In this document: piece after piece, positions 38,055 to 47,965 of the stretch
Position numbering within the stretch: the first letter of the stretch is position 1
Layout of the letters: every line of letters begins with the position of its first letter
Source: Treponema sp.
GTDB taxonomy: Bacteria > Spirochaetota > Spirochaetia > Treponematales > Treponemataceae
Assembly (NCBI GenBank): GCA_024695625.1
Contig: JAILHV010000187.1
Location: 399-64,398, forward strand
Length of the DNA stretch: 64,000 nucleotides
Direction of reading: 5' to 3'
Notes under the pieces: generated by a model
The model's database searches: none
The model's input: only the letters and a program-made list of their open reading frames with translations
What the model was told of the DNA's origin: nothing
Position numbers and translations under genes: made by a program

Positions 38055-39092
38055 ATGAAAGTATTGGGAATAGAAAGTTCTTGTGATGAAACAGCTTGCG
38101 CTATTGTTGAGGACGGAAAGAAGATTCTTAGCAACGTGGTTGCAACCCAGATTCCTTTTCATCAGATTTACAAAGGCGTTGTGCCAGAAATTGCAAGCCG
38201 TAAGCATGCCGAATGGATTCTTCCCGTGGTAAGGCAGGCACTTTCAGAGGCAAACCTTAAGCTGGACGATGTGGATGCCATTGCTGCTACAAACAGGCCG
38301 GGCCTTATGGGTTCACTGCTGGTTGGACTTACCTTTGGAAAGACTCTGGCTTGGGCTGCAAACAAACCCTTCCTTGCGGTTAACCACATGATGGGGCACA
38401 TGTATGCTGCTCACCTTGCAAACGACATTTCCTACCCCTACATTGGGCTTCTTGTTAGCGGAGGCCACAGCATAATTGCCAGGGTTAAGGGCTTTGACGA
38501 CTTTGAAATCCTTGGAACCACTATCGATGACAGCGTTGGTGAGGCTTTTGACAAGGTTTCCAAATTCTACGACTTGGGCTATCCGGGTGGAGTTATAATA
38601 GACAAGCTTTCGCAAAAAGGCGATGCAAGGGCATTCAGCTTTCCCCTTCCCAAGCTGGACAAGGGCGACCATGAATTTGACGTTTCTTTTAGCGGACTAA
38701 AGACTGCGGTCATCCACCAGGCCCAGATGTTCCTGAACGAAGGCTACGAAAATACCGTGGAAAACATTGCGGCTTCCTTCCAGGAGACTGCATGCAAGAC
38801 TTTGGTGACAAGGCTCTTGCGGGCGGTAAAGGCAACCGGGCTTACGACTGTTGTTGCAGGTGGCGGTGTTGCGGCAAATTCAAGGCTAAGGGCAATGCTT
38901 GCAGAACATACGGAAATAAAGTGCATCTTTCCACCGCTAAAGCTTTGCGGAGACAACGGAGCTATGATTGCGGGTGTGGCATACCATCTTCTTAATCGGG
39001 GCGACAGGAGTCCACTTTCTACCACAGCATGCGCACGAATCCCCCAGTTCAAGCGGGGGCTTGCAAATCTTGAGGCATTCGGCAGAAGGTAA
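38055..39092 (+). CDS. tsaD: tRNA N6-threonylcarbamoyladenosine transferase TsaD
   Basis: VLGIESSCDET, GVVPEIASRKH, NHMMGH, LLVSGGHS, GEAFDK and DNGAMI motifs. Confidence 0.96.
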   Translation: MKVLGIESSCDETACAIVEDGKKILSNVVATQIPFHQIYKGVVPEIASRKHAEWILPVVRQALSEANLKLDDVDAIAATNRPGLMGSLLVGLTFGKTLAWAANKPFLAVNHMMGHMYAAHLANDISYPYIGLLVSGGHSIIARVKGFDDFEILGTTIDDSVGEAFDKVSKFYDLGYPGGVIIDKLSQKGDARAFSFPLPKLDKGDHEFDVSFSGLKTAVIHQAQMFLNEGYENTVENIAASFQETACKTLVTRLLRAVKATGLTTVVAGGGVAANSRLRAMLAEHTEIKCIFPPLKLCGDNGAMIAGVAYHLLNRGDRSPLSTTACARIPQFKRGLANLEAFGRR

Positions 39093-39099
39093 AGAAAAG

Positions 39100-40098
39100 C
39101 TATGCTATTGCGGGGGCTGTTGCGGCAGCTTGTGGAGTTGCCGTGGCCTTTTCAACCGGTGATTCTATTGCAGTCGTAACTGCTTCCTCCGAAGCCGCCT
39201 GGCCAGAAGCTGCATCCTCCGACATTCCAAAGTCGTAGTACATTCCCCTCTTTGCAAGGGCCGCAAAACCGTCAGCCTTTGCGTCGTAGCTGGCAAAGTT
39301 GTCAGCATAGTGGCAGAGAATCATCTTTTTCTTTGTCTCGGCATCAAGCGTCTTGAGCTCTTCGATTCCTGCGTGAACTCCGCCTGTGTAGCCCTGAACG
39401 TCGTGGAAAATCCATTCGATGTTGTACTTTTTCTGCATGTATTCCAGAAGTTCCCTGTCAAAGCGGGTGTCTCCGGGAAAGAGAATGCGGTTGTCTATAA
39501 GGACACCCGTGCTCCATGCGCTTTCCCTCCAGGAAGGAACGCTGTCCGGCATGTGCATGGTGCGGAAGAACTTTATGTTTATTGAACCCACATTGGCTTC
39601 CCACAGCGGGCGCGGTTCCTCTTCCAAAAGGGTAGGGTGTATCTGCTCAAAATAGTCGTCAAAGGTAAGGTAGCCGCCCGGAGAGCCTGCATTGTAGGGC
39701 GTGGGCCTGTTTTCACCGTAGGAAAGGCCGCCCTTAAGGCTTTCTTCCCAGAGGAGCTTCTTGTATTCGTCAGTAATCAGAATGCGGGGCCGTGTCTTGT
39801 CCACGTAGCGGTGCATCAGCGCAAGCTCTTCCATTCCGCCTATGTGGTCGGAGTGGCTGTGGGTGGCAAAAACATTCTGAATGTTCAGAACCGACAGATT
39901 GTATGAAGTAAGCGCACCTGGACACTGGGAGCCGCAGTCTATGAGAAGATGGTCTTTTCCTTTTATGACAATGGCATTGTTCTGGAAATTCTTCTTTACA
40001 AAGGCACTTCCTGTCCCAAGAAAAAACATTTCCAGCGAGCCGTTATTTGTGAGTCTTAGAGTCCCATCTATCGTTGTAAGTTTTATCTCTCTCAGCAT
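39100..40098 (-). CDS. MBL-fold metallo-hydrolase
   Basis: FLGTGSAF, LIDCG, THSHSDHIGG and GDT motifs. Start placed at MLREIK, directly after a promoter. Confidence 0.85.
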   Translation of the reverse strand: MLREIKLTTIDGTLRLTNNGSLEMFFLGTGSAFVKKNFQNNAIVIKGKDHLLIDCGSQCPGALTSYNLSVLNIQNVFATHSHSDHIGGMEELALMHRYVDKTRPRILITDEYKKLLWEESLKGGLSYGENRPTPYNAGSPGGYLTFDDYFEQIHPTLLEEEPRPLWEANVGSINIKFFRTMHMPDSVPSWRESAWSTGVLIDNRILFPGDTRFDRELLEYMQKKYNIEWIFHDVQGYTGGVHAGIEELKTLDAETKKKMILCHYADNFASYDAKADGFAALAKRGMYYDFGMSEDAASGQAASEEAVTTAIESPVEKATATPQAAATAPAIA

Positions 40099-40268
40099 AA
40101 CTAGATTATGATGCAAAAAAAATGCAATTTCAACTCTTACCTGTCTTTTTTTGACTGAATTCAGCCCCGTAAAATGAAAAAAATTCATTAAATTATTGTT
40201 ATTTTTAAGGATTTCCTTTCCCCTCCAACCGGGCGTAAGTTGCAGCGTCTTTCCCGCCTAGGTTGTGT

Positions 40269-40297
40269 TTGACTTTTCAACTGCTAATGTGTATACT
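40269..40297 (+). promoter_or_regulatory. Sigma-70 promoter of hprK (leaderless configuration)
   Basis: TTGACT-17-TATACT; the ATG begins 7 nt after the last base of the -10 box, and there is no SD. Confidence 0.7.
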
Positions 40298-40303
40298 AAA
40301 CAT

Positions 40304-41293
40304 ATGTCTGAAAGGAAATTCACGGTCCTGGACTTGCTTGACCTGGACTTAAAAGGGCATGACTCTCTGAATCTCTGCTGCATTGCAGGCCGCCGCGGGC
40401 TTTCCCGTGAGCTCTCCATTGCGGACGTTAACAGGCCTGGGCTTGCGCTTTCGGGTTTTTACGAGTCCTTTGTCTATGCCCGGGTTCAGCTTTTTGGCCG
40501 CGGTGAATTTGCCTACCTAAAGAAGCTCCACGATGAAGACAGGAGCGATTCCCTTGAACGCTTTTTTTCCTACCAGATTCCCTGCTGCATTTTTACCCGC
40601 TCCCTTATGCCCAACGAAACATTCCTTTCCATTGCAGAGGCTACGGGAACGCCTGTTTTGCAGACCGACTTGGATTCAACAGAATTTTCCATAAGATTTG
40701 TACGCGCTTTTTCCAACATTTTTGCCCCCAAGAAGATTCTTCACGGCGTTTTGGTTGAAGTTTACGGAATCGGCATACTGCTTATCGGAGACAGCGGTGT
40801 TGGTAAGAGTGAAACAGCCCTTGAACTGGTTGAACGCGGCCACCGCCTGGTTGCAGACGATACTGTTGAGGTCCGCTGCGTTAACGGAAATACGATTATG
40901 GGGCAGGGACCCAACAAGCTTATAAGCCACCACATGGAAATAAGGGGCTTGGGTATCATAGACGTTTCCCAGCTCTACGGCGTACGCGCCATCCGCGAAC
41001 AAAAGGAAATCCAGCTGGTCGTTAAGCTTGAGACCTGGGACCAGAAAAAGGTTTACGACCGCCTTGGCATGGAAAACCATACGGCAGACTTGCTGGGTGT
41101 AAAAATCCGCTACATAGAGATTCCTGTAAAGCCCGGACGCAATCTGCCGATTATCATCGAGGCAGCGGCAATGAACGAACGCCTTAAGTCGCTGGGCCAC
41201 TATTCTGCAAAGGAATTCAACCAGAACGTGCTCAAGTGGATTGAATCCGGCGAGGCACAGGCGGCCTATTACGGCAACGAGGACGTTTATTAA
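40304..41293 (+). CDS. hprK: HPr(Ser) kinase/phosphorylase
   Basis: RPGLALSGF, HGVLVEVYG, GDSGVGKSETALELVERGHRLVADD, MEIRGLGII and PGRN motifs. Confidence 0.96.
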   Translation: MSERKFTVLDLLDLDLKGHDSLNLCCIAGRRGLSRELSIADVNRPGLALSGFYESFVYARVQLFGRGEFAYLKKLHDEDRSDSLERFFSYQIPCCIFTRSLMPNETFLSIAEATGTPVLQTDLDSTEFSIRFVRAFSNIFAPKKILHGVLVEVYGIGILLIGDSGVGKSETALELVERGHRLVADDTVEVRCVNGNTIMGQGPNKLISHHMEIRGLGIIDVSQLYGVRAIREQKEIQLVVKLETWDQKKVYDRLGMENHTADLLGVKIRYIEIPVKPGRNLPIIIEAAAMNERLKSLGHYSAKEFNQNVLKWIESGEAQAAYYGNEDVY

Positions 41294-41368
41294 AAAAACG
41301 GTGCGCGGAATGTGTTTTTTGGCACAGACCGGGCATTTTTATAAAGAGCTTTTATTAAAGAGGAAAGA

Positions 41369-41635
41369 ATGATCGAAAAGATTTTGACAGTACGAAACAG
41401 GGCAGGAATCCACGCGCGTCCGGCAGCTCTTATTGCACAGACCGCAAACAAGTTTTCTTCCGAGATATCCTTGGAAAAGGACTCTTCAACAGTAAACGCA
41501 AAGTCCATAATGGGTGTAATCACCATGGCGGCAGGCTACAATACAACCCTTACGCTCAAGGCAGACGGCCCCGACGAGAGGGAGGCTTCTGACGCAATAT
41601 TCAACCTGTTTGAGTCAAAGTTTGAAGAAGAATAG
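41369..41635 (+). CDS. ptsH: HPr phosphocarrier protein
   Basis: GIHARPA (His15) and NAKSIMGV (Ser46). Confidence 0.93.
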   Translation: MIEKILTVRNRAGIHARPAALIAQTANKFSSEISLEKDSSTVNAKSIMGVITMAAGYNTTLTLKADGPDEREASDAIFNLFESKFEEE

Positions 41636-41646
41636 GGACTGTCTTT

Positions 41647-42282
41647 ATGAAAAATCTAACTGACCGCCAAAAAGAGGTTCTGGATTTTATTGCACAGTTT
41701 ACAGAAGAAAATGTGTTCCCCCCCACAGTGCGGGAAATTGGGGATCACTTTCAGATTTCGCTCAGAGCCGTTCAGGATCATATAGCCGCATTGCAGAAGA
41801 AGGGTGTCCTTTCCGTAACGCAGAAGCATTCACGCTCCCTTCGTGTTCTAAAGGACATGCGCAGCGACAAGAAGCAGATTTTTACGGCGTCCGTTCCCGT
41901 GGTAAATTCCCTGCTTGCGGGAAAAAAGCTTTTTACGGCGGGAAACGTGGCCTACTACATAACCCTTTCCGAACCCTTTGTCTCGTCAGGCAATTCATAT
42001 TTTTGCATGATTATCCAGGACCAGAGCCTTACCGGTGCCGGAATTTATCCCGGTGACTGCCTGGTTTTTGTCCAGTCCGATGCATCAGTGCTTTCTGACG
42101 GTGAAATTGTTGCTGCCGTAACCGAGGGAGGAACAGAATCCCTCATCAGACGGTATTTTAAGGAAGAATCAAGGGTTTGCCTTAAAGCTGACAATCCAAA
42201 AATTAAAACGGTTTACAGCCAGGATGTGCGCGTGGCAGGAAAGCTTGCTGCGGTTTTGCGGACGGCTGCGGTAAAAAAGTAG
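41647..42282 (+). CDS. lexA: LexA-family repressor
   Basis: LTDRQKEVLDFI, PPTVREIG, HIAALQKKG and a C-terminal S24-like domain. Confidence 0.85.
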   Translation: MKNLTDRQKEVLDFIAQFTEENVFPPTVREIGDHFQISLRAVQDHIAALQKKGVLSVTQKHSRSLRVLKDMRSDKKQIFTASVPVVNSLLAGKKLFTAGNVAYYITLSEPFVSSGNSYFCMIIQDQSLTGAGIYPGDCLVFVQSDASVLSDGEIVAAVTEGGTESLIRRYFKEESRVCLKADNPKIKTVYSQDVRVAGKLAAVLRTAAVKK

Positions 42283-42288
42283 AATATA

Positions 42289-43305
42289 ATGGCAGAAGCA
42301 GAAGTTTATCTTTTTACGGGGCCAGAAGCCGGGGACAAAAAGGAAGCAATCGAAACGATACGCGCAAGGGCAGAAAAGGCAAGCGGCCAGCTGGACTATT
42401 ACAGCTATTATGCCTCGGAGACAAGGATTCAGGACGTTGTTGCCCAGCTGCAGAACGAAAGCCTCTTTTCCTCGGCAACCTTCATCGTGCTAAAAAATGC
42501 AGAGCTTGTAAAGGGCAAGGACGCGGAGCTTTTGGCCGCCTGGTGCAAGAATGCGGCAGGAAGCCCCAACACGCTCATTCTCGTAAGCGATGAAAACTCT
42601 GTAGACAAAAAGATTGATTCAGCAGTACCTTCCCAGCACAAGAAAATGTTCTGGGAAATGTTCGAGAACCGTAAGAGCCAGTGGGTTCAGTCATATTTTA
42701 GGAAGAACGGTTTTGGAATAACAGACGAAGCCGTAGAGCAGATCCTTGATATGGTAGAAAACAATACCGATGCCCTAAAGACTGAGTGCTCGCGCTTTTT
42801 CTACTGCATGCCCCAGGGAAGCACCGTAACCCCATCCGACGTGGAAAAGGTAATATCCCACAACAGGACGGAAAACGCCTTTACCCTTTTTGAGGAGATG
42901 GCTGATTCAACAAAGTCTCCCAGGCAGCGTCTTGAGTCCAGCATGGAAATCCTTCAGAAGATACGCCTTTCCCGCGAGTCCAATTCAGTTGCCCTGATTG
43001 CAGGCCTTTCCTACTGCTTCCGGCAGCTTAGGGCATGGCACATGCTTCACCAGAAGGGGGCAAATCCGACTGAAATTCAGCTTAAATCGGCAGGCTTTGC
43101 AGGAAAAAAGAACCGTGAGCGCTACGAAAAGGCGGCCAGGGTATGGGGAGCGGGCAATGTTTCTTCTATATTATCCCTCCTTGCGCATACGGACATGGCA
43201 AACCGTTCAAGCGGCATGGCTCTTGAGTACACCTGCCTTACGATGATGGTTTATTCAATCGTAATAAAGAACGGCCTTTACCCCGCAGAATACATTCCCT
43301 CGTAA
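42289..43305 (+). CDS. holA: DNA polymerase III delta subunit
   Basis: VYLFTGPE, SLFSSATFIVLKNAE and ENAFTLF motifs; size and context fit. Confidence 0.8.
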   Translation: MAEAEVYLFTGPEAGDKKEAIETIRARAEKASGQLDYYSYYASETRIQDVVAQLQNESLFSSATFIVLKNAELVKGKDAELLAAWCKNAAGSPNTLILVSDENSVDKKIDSAVPSQHKKMFWEMFENRKSQWVQSYFRKNGFGITDEAVEQILDMVENNTDALKTECSRFFYCMPQGSTVTPSDVEKVISHNRTENAFTLFEEMADSTKSPRQRLESSMEILQKIRLSRESNSVALIAGLSYCFRQLRAWHMLHQKGANPTEIQLKSAGFAGKKNRERYEKAARVWGAGNVSSILSLLAHTDMANRSSGMALEYTCLTMMVYSIVIKNGLYPAEYIPS

Positions 43306-43333
43306 AAATGCTAAAAGTCCCAATTTTATTTTC

Positions 43334-43360
43334 TAAACTGGACTTTTTTTATTCCGATAA
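43334..43360 (+). promoter_or_regulatory. Sigma-28 (FliA)-type promoter upstream of the flcA-like gene
   Basis: TAAA-N15-TCCGATAA. Confidence 0.65.
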
Positions 43361-43438
43361 GTTAAAGAGAAATAGGGGATTTAAAAATTTTGTTTTTCAT
43401 GTTCCCTATTATTCAAATGCGGAGTATAATCATTAATT

Positions 43439-46400
43439 ATGCCAGGATTAAGCCAGCTAAAGCAGTTTAACGCAGACCTCTTGAATCTCGGGGACGAAGT
43501 AAAGATTCGTTCAGCACGCGGTGAAAAACCCGTTTCTGTTCCTATTCCCAAAAAGATTCCTGACGTTGACGATTCGGAAGATTTTGTAAACGGTATGCCC
43601 CAGATTTCTGAAGAGGAATTGGAGCAAGCAGATGCCGCTGCCGCAGAAATGGAAAAGGCGGCCCATGACTTCTCGGATATAACCGGAGAGTCTTCCGGTG
43701 ACGAGGGGGCCACGGCAAGTTCCTTCGCTTCCACTCAAAAAGTGCCTGACGTAAAGGATTTGCTTGCACCTCCGCCGGATTTGAGCCTTAGCGACCTTGA
43801 CCTTAGCGAATTTGAAGAGCCAGCCCAGGAAACTCCAGTCGAAGAGGAGGAGGAAGAAGAAATTCCCCTTGAAGACATGGATTTGGATTCCTTGCTTGCA
43901 TCCGGGGATACGGAGCCGGAAGAAGAGGTTCAGGCTCCTGCCGAAAGCGAGCAGCGCTATGTACGTCCATCCGCCACGAAGCCCAAGGTTGAGGTTCATG
44001 CGGAAAATTCAGAAGACGTTGACATGGACGACTTCCTTAGCACAAACGCAAAGTCCGCAGTTTCCAACACCGTAGCAGAGGAGCCTGCCAAGCCAGCACT
44101 TGAGCCGGCAAAGGAAGATTTGTTTGCAGGACTTCCATCATTCGACATAGATGAAGAAAACAAGAACTTCCCGTCGGACAATGCCGTAAACATGAACGAC
44201 GGAATTCCGACAGAATTCAATGAAGTTCCAGGAAACGGAACCCTTTCTACAATAACAAAGCCAGAGACTCCGCCCAAGACAGTTGAACAGTCGGCACCTG
44301 AATTTGAAGAGATCTCTACTGACGACATTTTTGCCCAGCCGGTCGAAAAGCCGGTTTCTGCCCCGCTTGCATCCCCGTCATTTGACACGAGCGACATGCC
44401 GCTTGACGAAGAGACAGCATTTGAAAGCGAGCGCATAATGGACAATCTGCCAATGTCACAGGAAATGGACGGTGCTGATGAATCCGGCACGGATTTGTTC
44501 ACTTCCTTTGGGTCAGATTCAGATGATTCAGCAGGCACGTCCCCTTCAGACATGGGTGGCCTTGACCTTCCTGTTTTTGACGGCGATACACTTGATTCAG
44601 GCTCAAAAACCATATCCCAAGATACTGAAACATCCGCGCAGGATGGGGATGCCAAGGGCTTTGACCTTGGAGATCTTGACCTTCCCGACTTTGGTGATGA
44701 CGCTTCTGCCGGTGCAGATGACTCATCCCTTTCATCCGACGAGGTTCTTCCGCCTCCTGCTGACTTCACGGCGGACGCTGCCACAGGCTCAGATGGTGGA
44801 CAGACGATTTCCTCTGGAGACGGCCTTGACCTTCCCGATTTTGGTGCAGACGGTTCCGCATCAGACGGTGCTTTTGCCGGTGCTGAAGATTCAGGGGCAG
44901 CGGAAGAAAGCGGACCCGCAGAAATGTTTGACACAAGCGGAATGGACGACCTTGACGACACCGACTTTTCCAAGAAGGGAGAAGACACCGGCTTTGAGCT
45001 TGGCGATATTACCGACTCTGAAGGCGGTGATGACGAATTCAGCATTCCTGGCTTTAGCGATACAAAAGAAGCAGACCTTGGCAAAAAGAAAAAGCCCCTG
45101 CTTTCATCCTCTTCATCATCCGAAGAAGAAGAAGATGCCTCCAAGAAGCCCAAGAACTCATTTACGGATGCGGAATACCGCCTCTTCCAGAAGAATCTTG
45201 CTGAATACCCTCTTAACGTCCGCATAGCACTGGAAGACATTGTTGTAAAGAACGAGCTTACCGACGATGCCCTCTTTAGCGTACTTGAAATGGTCCTCCG
45301 CAAGGTTCCGGCAAGGCAGCTGGCAGGTCAGCTGGAAAAAATGCTGGACATTCAGCTGGACGTTCCCCGCGACTTTGAACTGCGCACCGCCGCTGAATAC
45401 GAAGCATACAAGCAGTCTGTTGAATACAAGCTCAAGAACCAGATTATTCCTGGTGCAATACTCACTGCCATCGCGGCAATATTCATCTTCTGCATCTTTA
45501 TGGTTGTGAAGACATTTGTAGTAATGCCTTTGTGGGCAAACAGTTTGTACAAGGAGGGCTACAGCCTTCTTGAAAGGGAACAGTATCCGCAGTCACTTGT
45601 AAAATTCAACGAGGCGATTGACAAAAAGCCGGTAAAGAAGTGGTTCTTCAAGTATGCCCAGGGCTACCGCGAACACAAGCAGTTTGGTTCGGCAGAGCTT
45701 CCTTCCGACAGAAGGAGAAAGTCACCGCTGTTTAACCCCAATGCCTCTGCAAATGACGGCGACAATTCCCTCGGTCCAAATGCATCAACTATGTACAGGG
45801 CAATCCTTGAACGCTTTGACCACGACAAGCAGGCCGGTATCGAGTGGGCAGACATGGAGGCAGATCTCTTCCACTGGGAAAGGGCAGAGAGAATCCTTAC
45901 TAGGGAAGTCCTTGACTACCATATAAACGACCCGGATGCAATACTTGCCCTTGGCGACCTCTACCTTGAATGGGCAGACTCAGACATAGAAGGCAACGTG
46001 GAAAAATTCCCGGAAGCAAAGAAGCAGTACGACCTTCTTGTTGAACTCTACGGCGAGGATGACAAGCTCTACGACAGGTATTCAGCCCGCCAGATGCGCT
46101 ACTTTATCCGCACGGATGACCTTGCTACGGTTCTTACATACAAGGATTACTTCTATCCCAAGAAGATGAAGTATGTTGAGAATTCCGATGTTACGGAACT
46201 CGGCGGCTACCTCTTTGACAAACGCTACGGTGAATTGCGCCCGTCAGAGGAAAACCTGCGCTCCCAGATTGAGAACGTAAAGCCAATCCTTACCCTGGCA
46301 GTTGAACGCGACGGTTCAGATCCTGTTGCACTCTACAACCTTGCCCGCTACTATGTGCAGACAAAGTCCAACTCATCCGCAAGGGTTACCTGTGAGTCAG

Positions 46401-47242
46401 CAATCAACGCCTTTAAGGAAAAGAAGTCCCTCAAGAGGAAGGACACCTACAAGTACATAAACACCTACCGCATTCTTGGCGAAATGTACGGCGGCGAAAA
46501 GCAGTACATCCAGGCCCAGAAGGCTTACATAAGCGGAATAGAGCTCTTTGAGTCAAACAAGGAACTCAATGCCTACACGGGCAACAAGGACATAGGTATG
46601 CTCTACGCTGACCTTGGAGACATCTTCTACTTTAAGGACGGCAACGCTGACAATGCATTCGAAAACTATGCAAAGGCAATAGAGAACAACAACGACATTC
46701 CTTCCATCCGCTACAAGATGGGCTACATACAGTACAACAAGAAGAACTACCAGGAGGCTCTCACGTCCCTTATGGTAGGTTCAGAGGCAGCCCCATCCGA
46801 CACCCACATGCTGCTTGCACTTGCAAACACCCTGTGGAACCGCAGCGACTTCTATGCTGCCCGCGGCTACTATGACAAGCTCCTTGACATACTGGAAGAA
46901 AAACGCCAAGGCTACAAGATTGTCCTTCCGCAGATCCGCGAAGACCACGGAGACTTTGTGGACACCTACATGAAGGCTTCAAACAACCTTGGTGCAACTC
47001 TTTCAAGAATCGCCAACATGACAGGCAACAGCGAGATGAACGGACAGGCAATTGTTGCCCTGCAGGACAGCCTGCGCGCCTGGGATGCACTTTCCCGCAA
47101 CCAGGATACTATGGTACGCCTTGACTCTTCCAACCTTGCGGAGCAGAATGTTAAGTATATCACCCGGCCTGATTCTGAGTACAGTCCGGAAATATATACA
47201 AAGATACCTATGCTTATGGATGGCGAGGAAGGGCTTGAGTAA
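43439..47242 (+). CDS. flcA: Periplasmic flagellar collar protein FlcA-like (acidic N-terminus, one TM, TPR C-terminus)
   Basis: MPGLSQLKQF...LGDE N-terminus, long acidic low-complexity region, LAEYPLNVRIA, TM and TPR repeats, with a sigma28-type promoter. Confidence 0.7.
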   Translation: MPGLSQLKQFNADLLNLGDEVKIRSARGEKPVSVPIPKKIPDVDDSEDFVNGMPQISEEELEQADAAAAEMEKAAHDFSDITGESSGDEGATASSFASTQKVPDVKDLLAPPPDLSLSDLDLSEFEEPAQETPVEEEEEEEIPLEDMDLDSLLASGDTEPEEEVQAPAESEQRYVRPSATKPKVEVHAENSEDVDMDDFLSTNAKSAVSNTVAEEPAKPALEPAKEDLFAGLPSFDIDEENKNFPSDNAVNMNDGIPTEFNEVPGNGTLSTITKPETPPKTVEQSAPEFEEISTDDIFAQPVEKPVSAPLASPSFDTSDMPLDEETAFESERIMDNLPMSQEMDGADESGTDLFTSFGSDSDDSAGTSPSDMGGLDLPVFDGDTLDSGSKTISQDTETSAQDGDAKGFDLGDLDLPDFGDDASAGADDSSLSSDEVLPPPADFTADAATGSDGGQTISSGDGLDLPDFGADGSASDGAFAGAEDSGAAEESGPAEMFDTSGMDDLDDTDFSKKGEDTGFELGDITDSEGGDDEFSIPGFSDTKEADLGKKKKPLLSSSSSSEEEEDASKKPKNSFTDAEYRLFQKNLAEYPLNVRIALEDIVVKNELTDDALFSVLEMVLRKVPARQLAGQLEKMLDIQLDVPRDFELRTAAEYEAYKQSVEYKLKNQIIPGAILTAIAAIFIFCIFMVVKTFVVMPLWANSLYKEGYSLLEREQYPQSLVKFNEAIDKKPVKKWFFKYAQGYREHKQFGSAELPSDRRRKSPLFNPNASANDGDNSLGPNASTMYRAILERFDHDKQAGIEWADMEADLFHWERAERILTREVLDYHINDPDAILALGDLYLEWADSDIEGNVEKFPEAKKQYDLLVELYGEDDKLYDRYSARQMRYFIRTDDLATVLTYKDYFYPKKMKYVENSDVTELGGYLFDKRYGELRPSEENLRSQIENVKPILTLAVERDGSDPVALYNLARYYVQTKSNSSARVTCESAINAFKEKKSLKRKDTYKYINTYRILGEMYGGEKQYIQAQKAYISGIELFESNKELNAYTGNKDIGMLYADLGDIFYFKDGNADNAFENYAKAIENNNDIPSIRYKMGYIQYNKKNYQEALTSLMVGSEAAPSDTHMLLALANTLWNRSDFYAARGYYDKLLDILEEKRQGYKIVLPQIREDHGDFVDTYMKASNNLGATLSRIANMTGNSEMNGQAIVALQDSLRAWDALSRNQDTMVRLDSSNLAEQNVKYITRPDSEYSPEIYTKIPMLMDGEEGLE

Positions 47243-47858
47243 GAAATATCCCTGCGAAAAAGACGGAATCATAAGAAGACAGCGGCTGAATGACATTGCA
47301 AAGGAACTTTTTAGAAAGTCCATACATGTTTGCAGTGCCTTCATCCCGCTGTTTTTGCAGTTTATGCGCCTTCCCGTTCTTTTTGCATTGACCGCAGCTC
47401 TTGTACTTTACTCTATAGCGGAATTCATGCGGCTAAAGGGAAAGTCAATCCCTGTAGTTTCCACAATAACAGCCGCCGCTGCCCGTAAGCGTGACGAAAA
47501 CCGCTTTGTGCTTGGGCCTGTAACCTTGTGCGCAGGAATAATACTTGCCGCCATTCTCTTTGAACCTTTTGCCGCTTCCATCGGGATTTATGCCCTTGCC
47601 TTTGGTGACGGACTTGCAAGCCTTGCCGGAAAACTCTTTGGAAAAGTAAAGATTCCCCTTACCCAGGGAAAAACCGTAGCGGGCAGCCTTACCTGTTTTG
47701 CCGCCATTTTTGTCTCTTGCTTTTTGGTTTGCTTTAATGCCAAGATTGCGCTTTGTGTTGCGTCTGCGGGAATGTTTATTGAACTGCTTCCTCTAAAAGA
47801 CTTGGACAACCTTTTTATTCCCCTTGTGCTGGGGATGGTTGCCCAAAGTCTTTATTAA
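47235..47858 (+). CDS. Diacylglycerol/polyprenol kinase (phytol/dolichol kinase-like, CTP_transf_1 superfamily)
   Basis: ELFRKSIH, FGDGLASLAGK, KTVAGS and DNLFIP motifs. The TTG start after GAGGAAGG is inferred. Confidence 0.78.
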   Translation: MSKKYPCEKDGIIRRQRLNDIAKELFRKSIHVCSAFIPLFLQFMRLPVLFALTAALVLYSIAEFMRLKGKSIPVVSTITAAAARKRDENRFVLGPVTLCAGIILAAILFEPFAASIGIYALAFGDGLASLAGKLFGKVKIPLTQGKTVAGSLTCFAAIFVSCFLVCFNAKIALCVASAGMFIELLPLKDLDNLFIPLVLGMVAQSLY

Positions 47859-47965
47859 CTTTTTTTTCTGCAATTCCTTTTTTTAATTAGGACAGTGCTT
47901 TACTCTCTCCTCTGTCCATTTTCTTTTTTAGTTATTATATTTTGTTTATGCCGGATAATATCGGC

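Noticed and set aside
41320-41336. Sigma54-like TGGCACAGACCGGGCA upstream of ptsH
   Set aside because: GG/GC spacing is correct but the TT before GC is missing; too weak to call.
43996-45303. 435-aa antisense ORF (Ser/Pro-rich)
   Set aside because: It is the shadow of the acidic low-complexity region of the flcA-like gene on the opposite strand and has no independent signals.
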